Source: an uncultured Fibrobacterales bacterium
Lineage (GTDB): Bacteria > Fibrobacterota > Fibrobacteria > Fibrobacterales > CAWVXU01
Assembly (NCBI GenBank): GCA_963934255.1
Contig: CAWVXU010000023.1
Coordinates: 1 to 32,002, forward strand
DNA length: 32,002 nt
Direction: 5' to 3'
The notes under the pieces are model-generated. The model saw only the letters and a program-made list of their open reading frames with translations. It was not told where the DNA came from and did no database searches. The translations under genes were made by a program, and so were the position numbers. Shown here piece after piece: positions 9,328 through 18,699 of the stretch. Numbering within the stretch: position 1 is the stretch's first letter; each line of letters starts with the position of its first letter.

Positions 9328-9867
9328 ATGGCGAAAAAGAAAAAAAGCAAATCAGGAGTGATTCGTCACCATATGACCGCAGGACAAAAGCTCCGCGCAG
9401 GTGATTTTCGTGGTGCAGTGGCAGAATACCGTGAGATTTTAAAACAAGACCCTAAAGATACTCAGGCCTTACAGATGATCGCTCAGTGTATGATACGGTT
9501 GAACAACCCAAAAGAGGCTGTAAAATTTGGCGAACGTGCTTTGGCTGTGGACCCTACTGACTTTAATACTCTTCGTTTATTGTCTGAAATGCATCTTGCA
9601 ATGCGCGATAAGAAAAAGGCGATGAACTACGCTAAAGTAGCCGCTGCAAATCCTCCGACAGATATGAAGCTTCCGAAGATTTTAAAATTCGCACTTGCAG
9701 TATTTGGATGGATTCCACCAGTGGGTCGTTATAAAGTGGCCAAACGAGAAGAGCTTGAAACTTTTAACACTTATAATCAAGAGTGGTTAGAAAAAGCCAA
9801 AACGGGTAAATTGCAAGCTCCAGGCTTAAGTGGTCAGAGCAAAAAACAACGCATGCGTCGTCAGTAA
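9328..9867 (+). CDS. Tetratricopeptide repeat protein
   Basis: TPR-like helices (AVAEYREILKQDPKD, AVKFGERALAVDPTD); GAGG RBS. Confidence 0.8.
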   Translation: MAKKKKSKSGVIRHHMTAGQKLRAGDFRGAVAEYREILKQDPKDTQALQMIAQCMIRLNNPKEAVKFGERALAVDPTDFNTLRLLSEMHLAMRDKKKAMNYAKVAAANPPTDMKLPKILKFALAVFGWIPPVGRYKVAKREELETFNTYNQEWLEKAKTGKLQAPGLSGQSKKQRMRRQ

Positions 9868-9885
9868 TAAAGCCATCGGTCAATA

Positions 9886-12800
9886 ATGAAGTCTGGTTCC
9901 AAAGCCGCACATAGAACTTTAACTCGAGCTGAAGATGTAATTTTGACTCGTGGCCAAAAGCTCATTTCTGCTGTGAGTGCTGTGAGTCTTTCACTTGATG
10001 AAGAAACTGTGTCTGCTGTGGTCTTAGGATCAAAACACTATGATGTGAGTATGGGTCCCCAAACGCAGTCTTGTAACTGCCCATACTTTGAACGTCATCA
10101 GAAAATATGTAAACACCTCACGGCCCTCGCTTTTTATATAACTGGTACAACCGCTCTAGATGAAAACCTAGGTTATACAGAGCCTGCTGATTTTGACTCA
10201 GCTGATTTTTCTCAGCGAAAATCATCAAATTCAAAGTTAAATGACAAGAATAAAAATAAAAGTAAACCTAACTCAAAAAGTATTTCGGCAAAGCCCTCTT
10301 CGATTGATGATTTAAAAAAACAATTGAATGCTAAGGGAGTTTTTCTTGAACAGTTTGGCACAGCGCAAGAACTTTTAGATGAGCTACCGCTGCTCAACTT
10401 TCGTCTTGAAATTCGAAATCATGATGAGGAGAAACAAAAACTTATTGATCAAGACCCTACTTGGTCTGTGAAAATATATTCTGATAATAACTACGAAGAC
10501 GAGATATCGGCAACAGATCTTTTACAAGATTATCCGTGGCCGATTGACTTGCAAGGTGCACTCAGGTTTATCCAAAAGTCTTGGGAAGTGAAGCATTGGA
10601 GCTCTCATGTAAGCGACAAAGTAACAGAACTTTTTTACCGCTTTAAAGACAGTCAATATTTACAGCAAGGAACGTTTGTTAATCCAAATAACATCCCTCT
10701 TATTTTTGATGAAAAGTCCTTCATGTTTCGACTTAATATACATGAAGTAGGACAAAGTATTTGTGTGACGCCTTATCTTAAAAGGGGAAATAAAAAAGTG
10801 GATATCCCCATAGATGCTGTATTTATATCTGACACGACGAGTGCAATTTTAATTGACCAAACGTTAACTCAACTTGATTCACCATTTATTATTCCAGGAC
10901 AACTCCAAAGCTATGTTAAAGAGTTTCAGGTTGATGAAATGGATCGCGAAAGGTTTTTATGGGAGATTCAGGATCTAGATACTTCATATATTGATTTACC
11001 CAAAAAGTTTCAAGTTGAATTAGTTGCAGCAGTACCTCGGTTTGCTGGGCTGATTAAAGAACATTCTTATGGCATTGATCTAACACTCGGCTATGTATAT
11101 GACGAAGAAAATTTCCGAGTACTCCATCGGACCTCAACTCAAGATGTTGTCTTTTATCAAGATGGCCAATTCCATCAGATATTTCGAGATAAAGAACTTG
11201 AAGCGACTGTCAAATCAGATTTTGAAGGAATATTAAAATTCTGTTTTAACACAAGAGAATATAAATCAATTACTCGAGAGGCCTGGTATGGGGAGTATAC
11301 CATTGCCAAAAATTTATTAGAACGCTTTGCTACAGAAGTTTTACCACAAATCAATAAAGATTACTTTGAAAATATTGAGATACTTGACCTCTATAGAACG
11401 ACCGAAGCTGAGATTGAAATTCAATTAGGCTCAGGACTTGATTGGTTTGAATTACATGGGAAGGTGAGTTTCGGTAACGAAACAATGACCTTACTTGAAC
11501 TGTATAAGAAGATGTATCTCAAGGGTAAAGACTCCTTCGTTCAATTGAGTGATGGATCAAAGGGGATTATACCTGATGAATTAATTGCTCTAATTGAACG
11601 TGTGAAGTCACTAAGTGAGATAAACACTGATGAGTCTAATAAACAAGAACCCCCTGATGAATCAGTGCTTCGTATATCTAAACACCAAGGCTCTTTAGTT
11701 CAAGAGCTTTATGAACTTGAATGTGTGAAGGTCAAAGATAGAACATCATGGAAGTCTCAACTTAAACGACTTGCTCTTAAATCTCCAGCTAAGAAAAAGG
11801 TCCCCAAAGGGATTAATGCGACTCTGCGGCCTTATCAAGAAGAGGGTGTTCATTGGCTTAGAACGATGCATGATTGGGAAACGGGTGGCATTTTAGCTGA
11901 TGATATGGGGCTAGGAAAAACACTTCAGGTGATTACCCTTATTGAACATATCAAATCAGTGAGAGAAGACCCCATATTAATTGTGCTCCCGACATCTCTT
12001 TTGTTTAATTGGCAACGTGAGTTTGAAAAATTCTCACCTAAGCAGAGTGTCTTCATCTATTATGGTAAGAACCGTAAGCAGGAGTTACCGGGGTTCTTAG
12101 AAGTAAAAAATTCTGTTATCTTAACGAGTTATCAATTGATGCAGCGAGATATCAACGAGCTTATCCCGGTGCAATTTGATTATGTGATACTAGATGAATC
12201 TCAAGCTATCAAAAACCCGAGTACCAAAACACATCGGGCTGCAAGACTACTTAAGTCAAGACGTCGTTTAGCGATGACAGGCACTCCTGTTGAAAATAAT
12301 TTACTAGATCTTTGGTCGCAATTTGATTTCCTAAACCCTGGGTTTTTGGGCAAAAAATCATTCTTTATTGAGCACTTTATGAAGCCGATTCAGGATAAAA
12401 AAATGAAGAGCCGAATCGAGAGTCTTAAAAGTCTAGTAGAACCTTTTTATATGAGACGCACCAAAGAAGTTGTTCTTAAAGAGCTGCCTCCTCTACAGGA
12501 CTTAGTTATTTGGGTTCAGCTTGAGTCCGAGCAACAAAAACTTTACGATAAATTAAAGAAAAAATATCGAGATGAGCTCTTAGAAAAGTTAGCTGAAGAT
12601 GGACCGAATAAAACACGCGTCAAGGTTTTAGAAGGTCTTTTGAGATTACGACAAATCGCTTGTGATCCACGCTTGGTTGACCCTGAGTCTCGAGTCAAGT
12701 CAGCTAAAATGATGCTTTTGATAGAAAAGCTAAAAGTAGATGTGATAGAGAACCACAAGGCTTTAGTATTCTCTCAATTTACATCGCTACTTAAATTGGT

Positions 12801-13206
12801 GGCCCAGGAACTTGAAGCCGAAGGATATGAATACACTTACCTTGATGGTTCAACAAGAGACCGTCAAAAAGTAATTGAGTCTTTTACGGAAGATGAGGAT
12901 AAGAAAATTTTCTTAATTTCATTAAAGGCTGGCGGTGTGGGGCTCAACCTCACTCAGGCAGACTATGTGTTTCATTTGGATCCATGGTGGAACCCTGCAG
13001 CTCAAGAACAAGCCACAGCAAGAGCTCATCGAATGGGGCAAAAAAACACAGTGATGAATTTCAAACTTATTGCAACGGGTACTGTCGAAGAGAAAATTTT
13101 GGAACTTCAAGAGCAGAAGAAAAATCTATCCAATGAAATATTAAGTTCTGATTCGGGTATGATATCTCAACTAGATGCTGGAACAATTGAAAAGTTATTT
13201 GGTTAA
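9886..13206 (+). CDS. SWIM zinc finger / SNF2-family helicase
   Basis: SWIM motif CNCP..ICKH; GGILADDMGLGKT, LDESQ, MTGTPVEN, SLKAGGVGLNLT, QATARAHRMGQ. Confidence 0.95.
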   Translation: MKSGSKAAHRTLTRAEDVILTRGQKLISAVSAVSLSLDEETVSAVVLGSKHYDVSMGPQTQSCNCPYFERHQKICKHLTALAFYITGTTALDENLGYTEPADFDSADFSQRKSSNSKLNDKNKNKSKPNSKSISAKPSSIDDLKKQLNAKGVFLEQFGTAQELLDELPLLNFRLEIRNHDEEKQKLIDQDPTWSVKIYSDNNYEDEISATDLLQDYPWPIDLQGALRFIQKSWEVKHWSSHVSDKVTELFYRFKDSQYLQQGTFVNPNNIPLIFDEKSFMFRLNIHEVGQSICVTPYLKRGNKKVDIPIDAVFISDTTSAILIDQTLTQLDSPFIIPGQLQSYVKEFQVDEMDRERFLWEIQDLDTSYIDLPKKFQVELVAAVPRFAGLIKEHSYGIDLTLGYVYDEENFRVLHRTSTQDVVFYQDGQFHQIFRDKELEATVKSDFEGILKFCFNTREYKSITREAWYGEYTIAKNLLERFATEVLPQINKDYFENIEILDLYRTTEAEIEIQLGSGLDWFELHGKVSFGNETMTLLELYKKMYLKGKDSFVQLSDGSKGIIPDELIALIERVKSLSEINTDESNKQEPPDESVLRISKHQGSLVQELYELECVKVKDRTSWKSQLKRLALKSPAKKKVPKGINATLRPYQEEGVHWLRTMHDWETGGILADDMGLGKTLQVITLIEHIKSVREDPILIVLPTSLLFNWQREFEKFSPKQSVFIYYGKNRKQELPGFLEVKNSVILTSYQLMQRDINELIPVQFDYVILDESQAIKNPSTKTHRAARLLKSRRRLAMTGTPVENNLLDLWSQFDFLNPGFLGKKSFFIEHFMKPIQDKKMKSRIESLKSLVEPFYMRRTKEVVLKELPPLQDLVIWVQLESEQQKLYDKLKKKYRDELLEKLAEDGPNKTRVKVLEGLLRLRQIACDPRLVDPESRVKSAKMMLLIEKLKVDVIENHKALVFSQFTSLLKLVAQELEAEGYEYTYLDGSTRDRQKVIESFTEDEDKKIFLISLKAGGVGLNLTQADYVFHLDPWWNPAAQEQATARAHRMGQKNTVMNFKLIATGTVEEKILELQEQKKNLSNEILSSDSGMISQLDAGTIEKLFG

Positions 13207-13237
13207 AACATCCGAGGCATGGTATTCAAGTAAGCTA

Positions 13238-13537
13238 TTATTTAGTCATCGGTTTGAAATAGACTGTGCGCTCATCGTGTGAAGAAGTAAAAGTACTTTC
13301 AGGCCATACTTCTATGTTGACATCACCGGCGATGGGGTGATTAATATGAATATTCAATAAATACTTTTGATGTTGATTCATGACATTAATAGCTTCTTTT
13401 TTCCCTTCATCTATCATAAAGTCAAAAAGATTCATACCAATCAAATCAGCAGTTTCTAGACCAAGGAGTTGTTCGGCCCTAGTGTTGACTGATAGTATGA
13501 CACCATGTTTATGAGTTAAAGATCCAAATGCTTTCAT
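13238..13537 (-). CDS. Stand-alone PAS-domain protein
   Basis: GVILSVNTRAEQLLG...LIGMNLFDF PAS signature. Confidence 0.75.
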   Translation of the reverse strand: MKAFGSLTHKHGVILSVNTRAEQLLGLETADLIGMNLFDFMIDEGKKEAINVMNQHQKYLLNIHINHPIAGDVNIEVWPESTFTSSHDERTVYFKPMTK

Positions 13538-13750
13538 GTGAAGCCTCAGCTATGATTTATATGTTAATTTATATTATCATTTCTAAAACGAAAAATCAAG
13601 AGTTTTAATTATGCTAATCATATCAAGGTGTAACTTGCTAAGATTCGTGTAGCTTTGTACTAAAAGAAATCATCTAGAATGTGTTCATATGTAGTTCCTG
13701 AAATAGTCAGAGCGCCAGAATAACCATAAGACTCAAAAATAAATATCACG

Positions 13751-14593
13751 TTAAACGGACTCTAGATCACTATCCCAAACAAAGTTTGATTCCATGCAAA
13801 GGGCTGGGATATCACCACTAGGCTTCCCCACCATTTTGGCTGGAACCCCTGCATAAGTGGTATGATTAGGAACATCAACTAAAACGACAGCACCTGCTCC
13901 AATTTTGGCATTGTTTCCGACTTTGATATTACCCAAAAGTTGAGCGTGGGCACTTAAAAGTACACCATGGCCAATTTTTGGGTGTCTATCTCCAGATTCT
14001 TTACCCGTTCCACCAAGAGTCACTCCATGTAGTATGGAGACATTGTCGCCAACTTTAGCCGTTTCACCGATGACTAAATTAGTTGCATGATCAATTAAGA
14101 TACCAGTACCAATTCTTGCAGCCGGGTGTATATCAACTGAAAAACTTTGAGCTGCTAATGATTGAAGTAATTTAGCGGTCATTTTTTTGCCTCGACGCCA
14201 GTAGACATGAGAGGCTCGATAAACTTGTAGTGCTTGAAAGCCTTTAAAGAAAAGAAGTGGTTCCAGATAATATTTACATGCCGGATCACGGTCCACATAG
14301 GCCTTCATATCTTCACAAGCGGCCCAAAGTAAATTGTCTGAGCGTTGGAAGGCGTCAAGGAGTAGAATCTCTACCTCACAAGAATCGAGACTATGATGAT
14401 CAAGCTTAAGTGAGAGTTGGTGAGCGAGCGCTTGACAGAGAGAGTCGTGTTCGTGGACTTGGTGAATAAAGAACTTATTGAGAAAAGGTTCAGCTTTGAC
14501 CACAGTACGTGCCTGAGATTTGATTTCTTTCCAAAAATCTTGATGCATCTTACGTTTGTCTGTAGATGTAGTGACTTTGTTTTTTTGACTCAC
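13751..14593 (-). CDS. cysE: Serine O-acetyltransferase
   Basis: RDPAC, FKGFQALQ, VDIHPAARIG, DHAT, VTLGGTGKESGDRHPKIG; GTG start with GAGGAG RBS. Confidence 0.97.
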   Translation of the reverse strand: MSQKNKVTTSTDKRKMHQDFWKEIKSQARTVVKAEPFLNKFFIHQVHEHDSLCQALAHQLSLKLDHHSLDSCEVEILLLDAFQRSDNLLWAACEDMKAYVDRDPACKYYLEPLLFFKGFQALQVYRASHVYWRRGKKMTAKLLQSLAAQSFSVDIHPAARIGTGILIDHATNLVIGETAKVGDNVSILHGVTLGGTGKESGDRHPKIGHGVLLSAHAQLLGNIKVGNNAKIGAGAVVLVDVPNHTTYAGVPAKMVGKPSGDIPALCMESNFVWDSDLESV

Positions 14594-14708
14594 GATGACT
14601 CCTCAGATTTGACTAAAATATAGGATTTTAGACTCAATATCAGTTGAATTTGGGTCTAAGGAGCCCGTTTGGGGTGAAAATCACGAGTTTAGGAGTCATT
14701 GACAGCTG

Positions 14709-14942
14709 TTATTCTGGCTCTGCTGCTGACTCGGAGCTGGCTAGAGCTTGGTCAAGGTCAATTATCTTGGTCGCATTTGTCACTTCAGTGCTATGACCAT
14801 TTTTGACATAACGAATAAACTTTCTATGAGTCCAGATAATCCGATTAATACTTTTGCGAAGATCCACTAGCTCTTCACTTGTGAGCTCTTGTTGCTTGAG
14901 CAAGTTTTCATAAGTATCAAATTTATCTTCACAGTCCTTCAT
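14709..14942 (-). CDS. Hypothetical 77-aa helical ORF, possibly a remnant of a disrupted gene
   Basis: ORF only, adjacent to pseudogene fragments; no motif recognised. Confidence 0.3.
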   Translation of the reverse strand: MKDCEDKFDTYENLLKQQELTSEELVDLRKSINRIIWTHRKFIRYVKNGHSTEVTNATKIIDLDQALASSESAAEPE

Positions 14943-15018
14943 ATCAAATGATGTCTTTAAATGTCAGATTCAAATCACTGACTTCAGAGATGATAGTCGT
15001 CATTGAATCACCACCTGA

Positions 15019-15225
15019 GATTTTATTCATATTACGATATGAACCTTGCAGTTTGAAAGGCGGCTCGATACGATATTCATCAGCTTGACCAGCAGACTTG
15101 ATGCACTGAATATTGACTTTAAGTATCACATCTTGAGCACGTAGCATCTTTTTTAAGACATTTACAATTTCGTTAGTTTCTTCCGCAGCGTAATTAGCTT
15201 CAAACTCGATTCCTTCACGTGATCC
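15019..15225 (-). pseudogene. Internal fragment of a large 'DNA repair ATPase' (DUF3686-type AAA protein)
   Basis: EIVNVLKKMLRAQDVILKVN..IKSAGQADEYRIEPPFKLQGSYRNMNKI matches the block I recall from this family. Only ~70 codons of a normally very large gene are present. Confidence 0.75.
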
Positions 15226-15286
15226 AAATTCACTGAAGCTTTTGTGAAAACTCTTGAGTGAGCTGAGATTTCTGTTCATGGAAACT

Positions 15287-15866
15287 TTGAAAGAGAGGGG
15301 TGGTCTGTTTTTGGAAATGTTCGAGACGACGAGCAAATTCAATATAGTCTAGAGAATATTTACCTTCAGTGATTTGAGAATGATCACCCATCATCGCAGG
15401 TATCTCACTCGAAGAACTCGCAGGAGAAGGCTTGTTTGAAGCAGATCTTTTGGCTAGGATCAGTCATACAACTTGACGCATTCCCCCAATCAGAGAGCGG
15501 CGTGAAGACATCCCAAACCTTACCCTTCATTTCATTCAAGAAATGCATCAAGATATTCCGAATTGAGAAGAACGAAAATTTGCCCCCAAAGTATTTAAAA
15601 CTCTTCAAGAGTATCATTGGCCAGGAAATATTCGTGAGCTCAAAAACACTATCGAGTGCTTATACTTATATAGCATCAATAGTGTGATTTAAATGGATGA
15701 ATTACCTGTAGCTCTTAACGGGCAAAAAGTGGAGTCCTTTCAGCGAAGCTTGTTGATGGAAGCTATGGAGGCAAGTGGACATAACCCAAAGACTGCTGCG
15801 GATAAGCTGAGTATGAGTTATGATCAGTTCAGACATTATTTTAAAAAATTAAAAAATACTCTGTAA
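15287..15866 (+). pseudogene. Sigma-54-dependent enhancer-binding activator (PspF/NtrC-like) pseudogene
   Basis: One frame from 15405 reads GLFEADLLARI..*RIPPIRERREDIP..*..YHWPGNIRELKNTIE..*..AADKLSMSYDQFRHYFKK (Fis HTH), with in-frame stops at 15474, 15564 and 15690. A degenerate HGNFER/GGLFLE (GGTLFLDE-like) block lies upstream; the 5' end is missing. Confidence 0.9.
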
Positions 15867-15905
15867 GGCTTTAGTGAATCCAAGTTATTATGATCGAAAT
15901 CAGCT

Positions 15906-15949
15906 AAATAAAAAGGCTCCCCTATCTAACATGGGGAGCCTTTTTATTT
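15906..15949. terminator. Bidirectional intrinsic terminator (3' end of the conserved element, copy 1)
   Basis: AAATAAAAAGGCTCCCC-N10-GGGGAGCCTTTTTATTT. Confidence 0.85.
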
Positions 15950-16032
15950 TTCAGGAGAATAAGAATGAGCCAGCGAAAATGAATATTACAAAATGCGAAT
16001 GATGTGGTTTTTCAAAAATTGAGTGGCTCAAA
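15911..16032 (-). ncRNA. Candidate sigma-associated structured ncRNA, copy 1
   Basis: Homologous to 28421-28545 (~63/81 identical in the core, hand alignment); closing stem TGAGCCA/TGGCTCA; ends in a terminator; no conserved ORF. Confidence 0.5.
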
Positions 16033-16052
16033 CGAGCGAAATTAAAGTTTGC

Positions 16053-16109
16053 TATGACACATTGATTCTAGAAAAAGGAGAGAGAAGTTTTAAAAATCAA
16101 TGTGCCATA
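16053..16109 (-). other. Long hairpin with a pyrimidine-only loop
   Basis: Minus strand TATGGCACATTGATT...AATCAATGTGTCATA (15 bp with one G-U, which favours the minus strand) enclosing CTTCTCTCTCCTTT. Confidence 0.65.
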
Positions 16110-16119
16110 AAATGAGCTT

Positions 16120-16174
16120 GAAAAAAGGCCCTCCCTCCAAATTCGGATACCTGAATTTGGAGGGAGAACTTTTC
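16120..16174 (-). terminator. Intrinsic terminator-like hairpin after sigma copy 1
   Basis: CTCCCTCCAAATTC-N8-GAATTTGGAGGGAG followed by GGCCTTTTTT on the minus strand. Confidence 0.75.
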
Positions 16175-16191
16175 GGGGTTGTAAATTTTTG

Positions 16192-17049
16192 TTATGCTGC
16201 AGGGCGAAGTTCGCGTCCAACACCTAGCCCGCGTAGTTGAGCTAAAGCCTTTTCTTTGACTTGTCTTACGCGTTCTTTAGAGAGTCCAATCATTTTACCA
16301 ATCTCTTGTAAATTCATGGTAAATGATGATCCGATACCATAATAGTATTTAATCACTTCCTGTTGTTGAGAGTCAAGTTGATTCATTGAAGCTGTGATGT
16401 AATCTTTCATTGATTTGGCTTCACAGTATTCATCAGCACGAACTCCATCAGAAGGAGTAAGCTCAAGTAAATTAGATTCACCCTCTTCACCAACTGGTGC
16501 ATCAAGTGAGGCATGACGTTGACCCATTTTTAAAATATTGGCCACTTGCTTTTCATCATAATCGGTACTAGCTGCGATTTCTTCGTGGTCAAGAGTATAG
16601 TGGCCACCAATCGTTTGAACTAAGCGACTTGATTTTTTGTTTAAACGACGTAGTACGAGCTCTTTCTCAGCAGAGATACGGACGACGCGAGCTTTCTCAG
16701 CAATCGCTCGTGTGATTGATTGACGTATCCACCAAACAGCATACGAGATAAATTTGATTGGTTGGTTGTGATCGAAACGACGTGCGGCTTCCATCAGTCC
16801 CAAGTTGCCTTCGTTAATGAGTTCGTTGACTGCAATACCTTGGTTCTTATACATGAATGCGATATTAATCACAAATTTCAAATTTGAAACAACCAGTTTA
16901 TCCATTGCACGGCGATTACCGCGGCTTGCAAGTTCAAGAAGAGTCTTCTCTTCAGCTCTTTCAAGAAGCGGGTATTTGTTTACTTCTTTAATATACTGGT
17001 TATAAATTGAGTTCTCATCCCAGTCTTTGCGAGTAGCAGTTGCAGCCAT
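16192..17049 (-). CDS. RNA polymerase sigma-70 factor, RpoD/RpoS-like without region 1.1 (copy 1)
   Basis: Regions 1.2 (YIKEVNKYPLL), 2 (SNLKFV, LINEGNLGL, KFISYAVWWIRQSI), 3 (SLDAPVG) and 4.2 (LQEIG..LSKERVRQ). ATG at 17049 preferred because of the AAGGA RBS; the ORF track starts at GTG 17070. Confidence 0.95.
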   Translation of the reverse strand: MAATATRKDWDENSIYNQYIKEVNKYPLLERAEEKTLLELASRGNRRAMDKLVVSNLKFVINIAFMYKNQGIAVNELINEGNLGLMEAARRFDHNQPIKFISYAVWWIRQSITRAIAEKARVVRISAEKELVLRRLNKKSSRLVQTIGGHYTLDHEEIAASTDYDEKQVANILKMGQRHASLDAPVGEEGESNLLELTPSDGVRADEYCEAKSMKDYITASMNQLDSQQQEVIKYYYGIGSSFTMNLQEIGKMIGLSKERVRQVKEKALAQLRGLGVGRELRPAA

Positions 17050-17128
17050 CTTAAGTTCCTTTGTTCGCACTGAATCATTACTTGTGCGTTTTCTTATATA
17101 TCTAACTTATCTCTTTATGAGCACTTGA

Positions 17129-17180
17129 TTGTCACAAGTTTGTCACACTTAGGCAAAAGACCTGTCGCGGTTTTGTGGCA
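17129..17180. promoter_or_regulatory. 11-bp-periodic direct-repeat operator upstream of sigma copy 1
   Basis: TGTCAC 17130, TGTCAC 17141, TGTCGC 17163, TGTGGC 17174; same phasing in copy 2. Confidence 0.65.
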
Positions 17181-17445
17181 TTTCTGACCAAAGGTTGTTT
17201 ATAGCCGATAAAGGGTAAAATGGGTTAAAATAAGTTTTTGAGAGTAGGGAAGTTTTGAAAGAATTACTGGATTGTACTGTGATAAATAAATCTCGGTAGA
17301 TGACTACCTGTCTGAGTTGAATGACACTAAGGCGTGGCCTTCATTTTTCCTTTTTGTTTTTCATCAATCCCTGTATCTTAAGTACTTTTAGTTCTTGTAT
17401 AAACTGACTACCTTTCTTTCTAGGAAGAATTGAAATGGGCGAATC

Positions 17446-18699
17446 ATGAAAAGTGACATAAAAATACACATCATTGGCGCCGGAATGAGTGGTCTTATCG
17501 CTGCGAAGGTACTTGAAGAGAATGGTTATGCTCCCATCATTCTCGAGGCAAGTGATCGAGTCGGTGGTCGCGTGAAGACATCCATCATTGATGGTTATCA
17601 TCTCGACCATGGATTTCAAGTTCTTCTCACTGGTTACCCTGCGGCTCAGAAGCATCTCGATTACACAGCTCTTGACCTTCAGACGATTGCACCTGGGTCT
17701 GTTATATTTAAACTCAAGCAACAGAAGATAATGGGTGACCCGATTCGTGATTTATCCCTCTTGCTTCCTACGCTTCTCTCAGGCATTGGAACTCTCCAAG
17801 ATAAGCTTAAGATACTGAAGCTCAATTCCGAATTAAAGTCGAGCCGGATATCTGATATCTTTAATAAAAGTGAGAAATCAACACTGATCTATCTAAGAAA
17901 TTATGGGTTTTCTGAAGGGATCATCCAAGAATTTTTTAGACCCTTTTTTAGTGGTATTTTTCTTGAGTCACAGCTCAAAACTTCTAGTAGGATGTTTGAG
18001 TTTGTTTACAAGATGTTCGGAGAGGGTTATGCTGCCATCCCCAGAGAGGGGATGGAGGCGATACCCCGACAGGTTTATGATGGGCTTGCTCAATCCACTT
18101 TCCTGTTTCAATCACCCGTAGAATCTATCCGCGAAGGGAGCATTCATCTTGAGGGTGGAAGGAGACTCACCACAGATTATACTATTATCGCCACTGACCC
18201 CTCTATGTTCATACCCGATCGAAAACCGACGAATTGGAAATCATGCGACACTCTCTATTTTAAATCTAAGAAGAGAGCCATAAGGCAAAAATTAATCGGA
18301 CTCATTGCAGAAGAAGGTTCATTGATTAATAACCTATTTTACCCGAGTTGCCTAGGACAAAGGCAGCTCCATCAAGAAGAGCTTCTCTGCGTCACAGCCC
18401 TCGATAGTCAGGGCCTCCATGAAGATGATTTGATTCAGAAAATAAAGCATGAACTCGAGGAGTATTGCGACATTCGGGACATCACACTGGTGAAGGTAAT
18501 GAGAATTCCCCAATCTCTGCCTGATAGAGCAGACCTACAATATCATTCAGACCAAAGTCAGACGCTCCACAATCAAACTGTATTTATAGCAGGGGACCAA
18601 GAACTCAATAGCTCTCTAAATGCTGCTATCTTATCAGGAGAAACTGCAGCTAATAACTTGATAGAACTAATCACGAACTCGGGTGATTCTTCGAATTAA
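17446..18699 (+). CDS. FAD-dependent oxidoreductase (flavin amine oxidase / protoporphyrinogen oxidase-like family)
   Basis: [33 protein letters not shown]...[10 protein letters not shown]. Confidence 0.9.
   Translation: MKSDIKIHIIGAGMSGLIAAKVLEENGYAPIILEASDRVGGRVKTSIIDGYHLDHGFQVLLTGYPAAQKHLDYTALDLQTIAPGSVIFKLKQQKIMGDPIRDLSLLLPTLLSGIGTLQDKLKILKLNSELKSSRISDIFNKSEKSTLIYLRNYGFSEGIIQEFFRPFFSGIFLESQLKTSSRMFEFVYKMFGEGYAAIPREGMEAIPRQVYDGLAQSTFLFQSPVESIREGSIHLEGGRRLTTDYTIIATDPSMFIPDRKPTNWKSCDTLYFKSKKRAIRQKLIGLIAEEGSLINNLFYPSCLGQRQLHQEELLCVTALDSQGLHEDDLIQKIKHELEEYCDIRDITLVKVMRIPQSLPDRADLQYHSDQSQTLHNQTVFIAGDQELNSSLNAAILSGETAANNLIELITNSGDSSN

Noticed and set aside
9886..13206. SNF2 helicase as part of an anti-phage system (DISARM/Zorya-type)
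   Set aside because: Stand-alone SWIM-SNF2 architecture among housekeeping genes, with no methylase, nuclease or other partner nearby.
13238..13537. PAS protein as a LOV photoreceptor
   Set aside because: No GxNCRFLQ motif and no Cys.
14944..15687. ORF-track ORFs 14944-15342, 15405-15617 and 15436-15687 as real genes
   Set aside because: They are chimeric or shadow frames over two pseudogene fragments.
15405..15866. Alternative genetic code (TGA read-through) explaining the stops in the PspF-like frame
   Set aside because: One stop is TAA, the 5' part is frameshifted or missing, and TGA terminates intact genes elsewhere in the window.
15979..16065. Plus-strand micro-ORF in the conserved element (MNITKCE*CGF vs MNMTNCEGCGF in copy 2), a possible CxxC peptide or TGA recoding
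   Set aside because: Stop in copy 1, a 1-nt indel between copies, different lengths and no well-spaced RBS. The minus frames are not conserved either, so a non-coding role fits better.
17341..17721. 126-aa minus ORF and the other short ORFs nested in long genes
   Set aside because: Antisense or alternative-frame shadows of well-supported CDSs, with no motifs.
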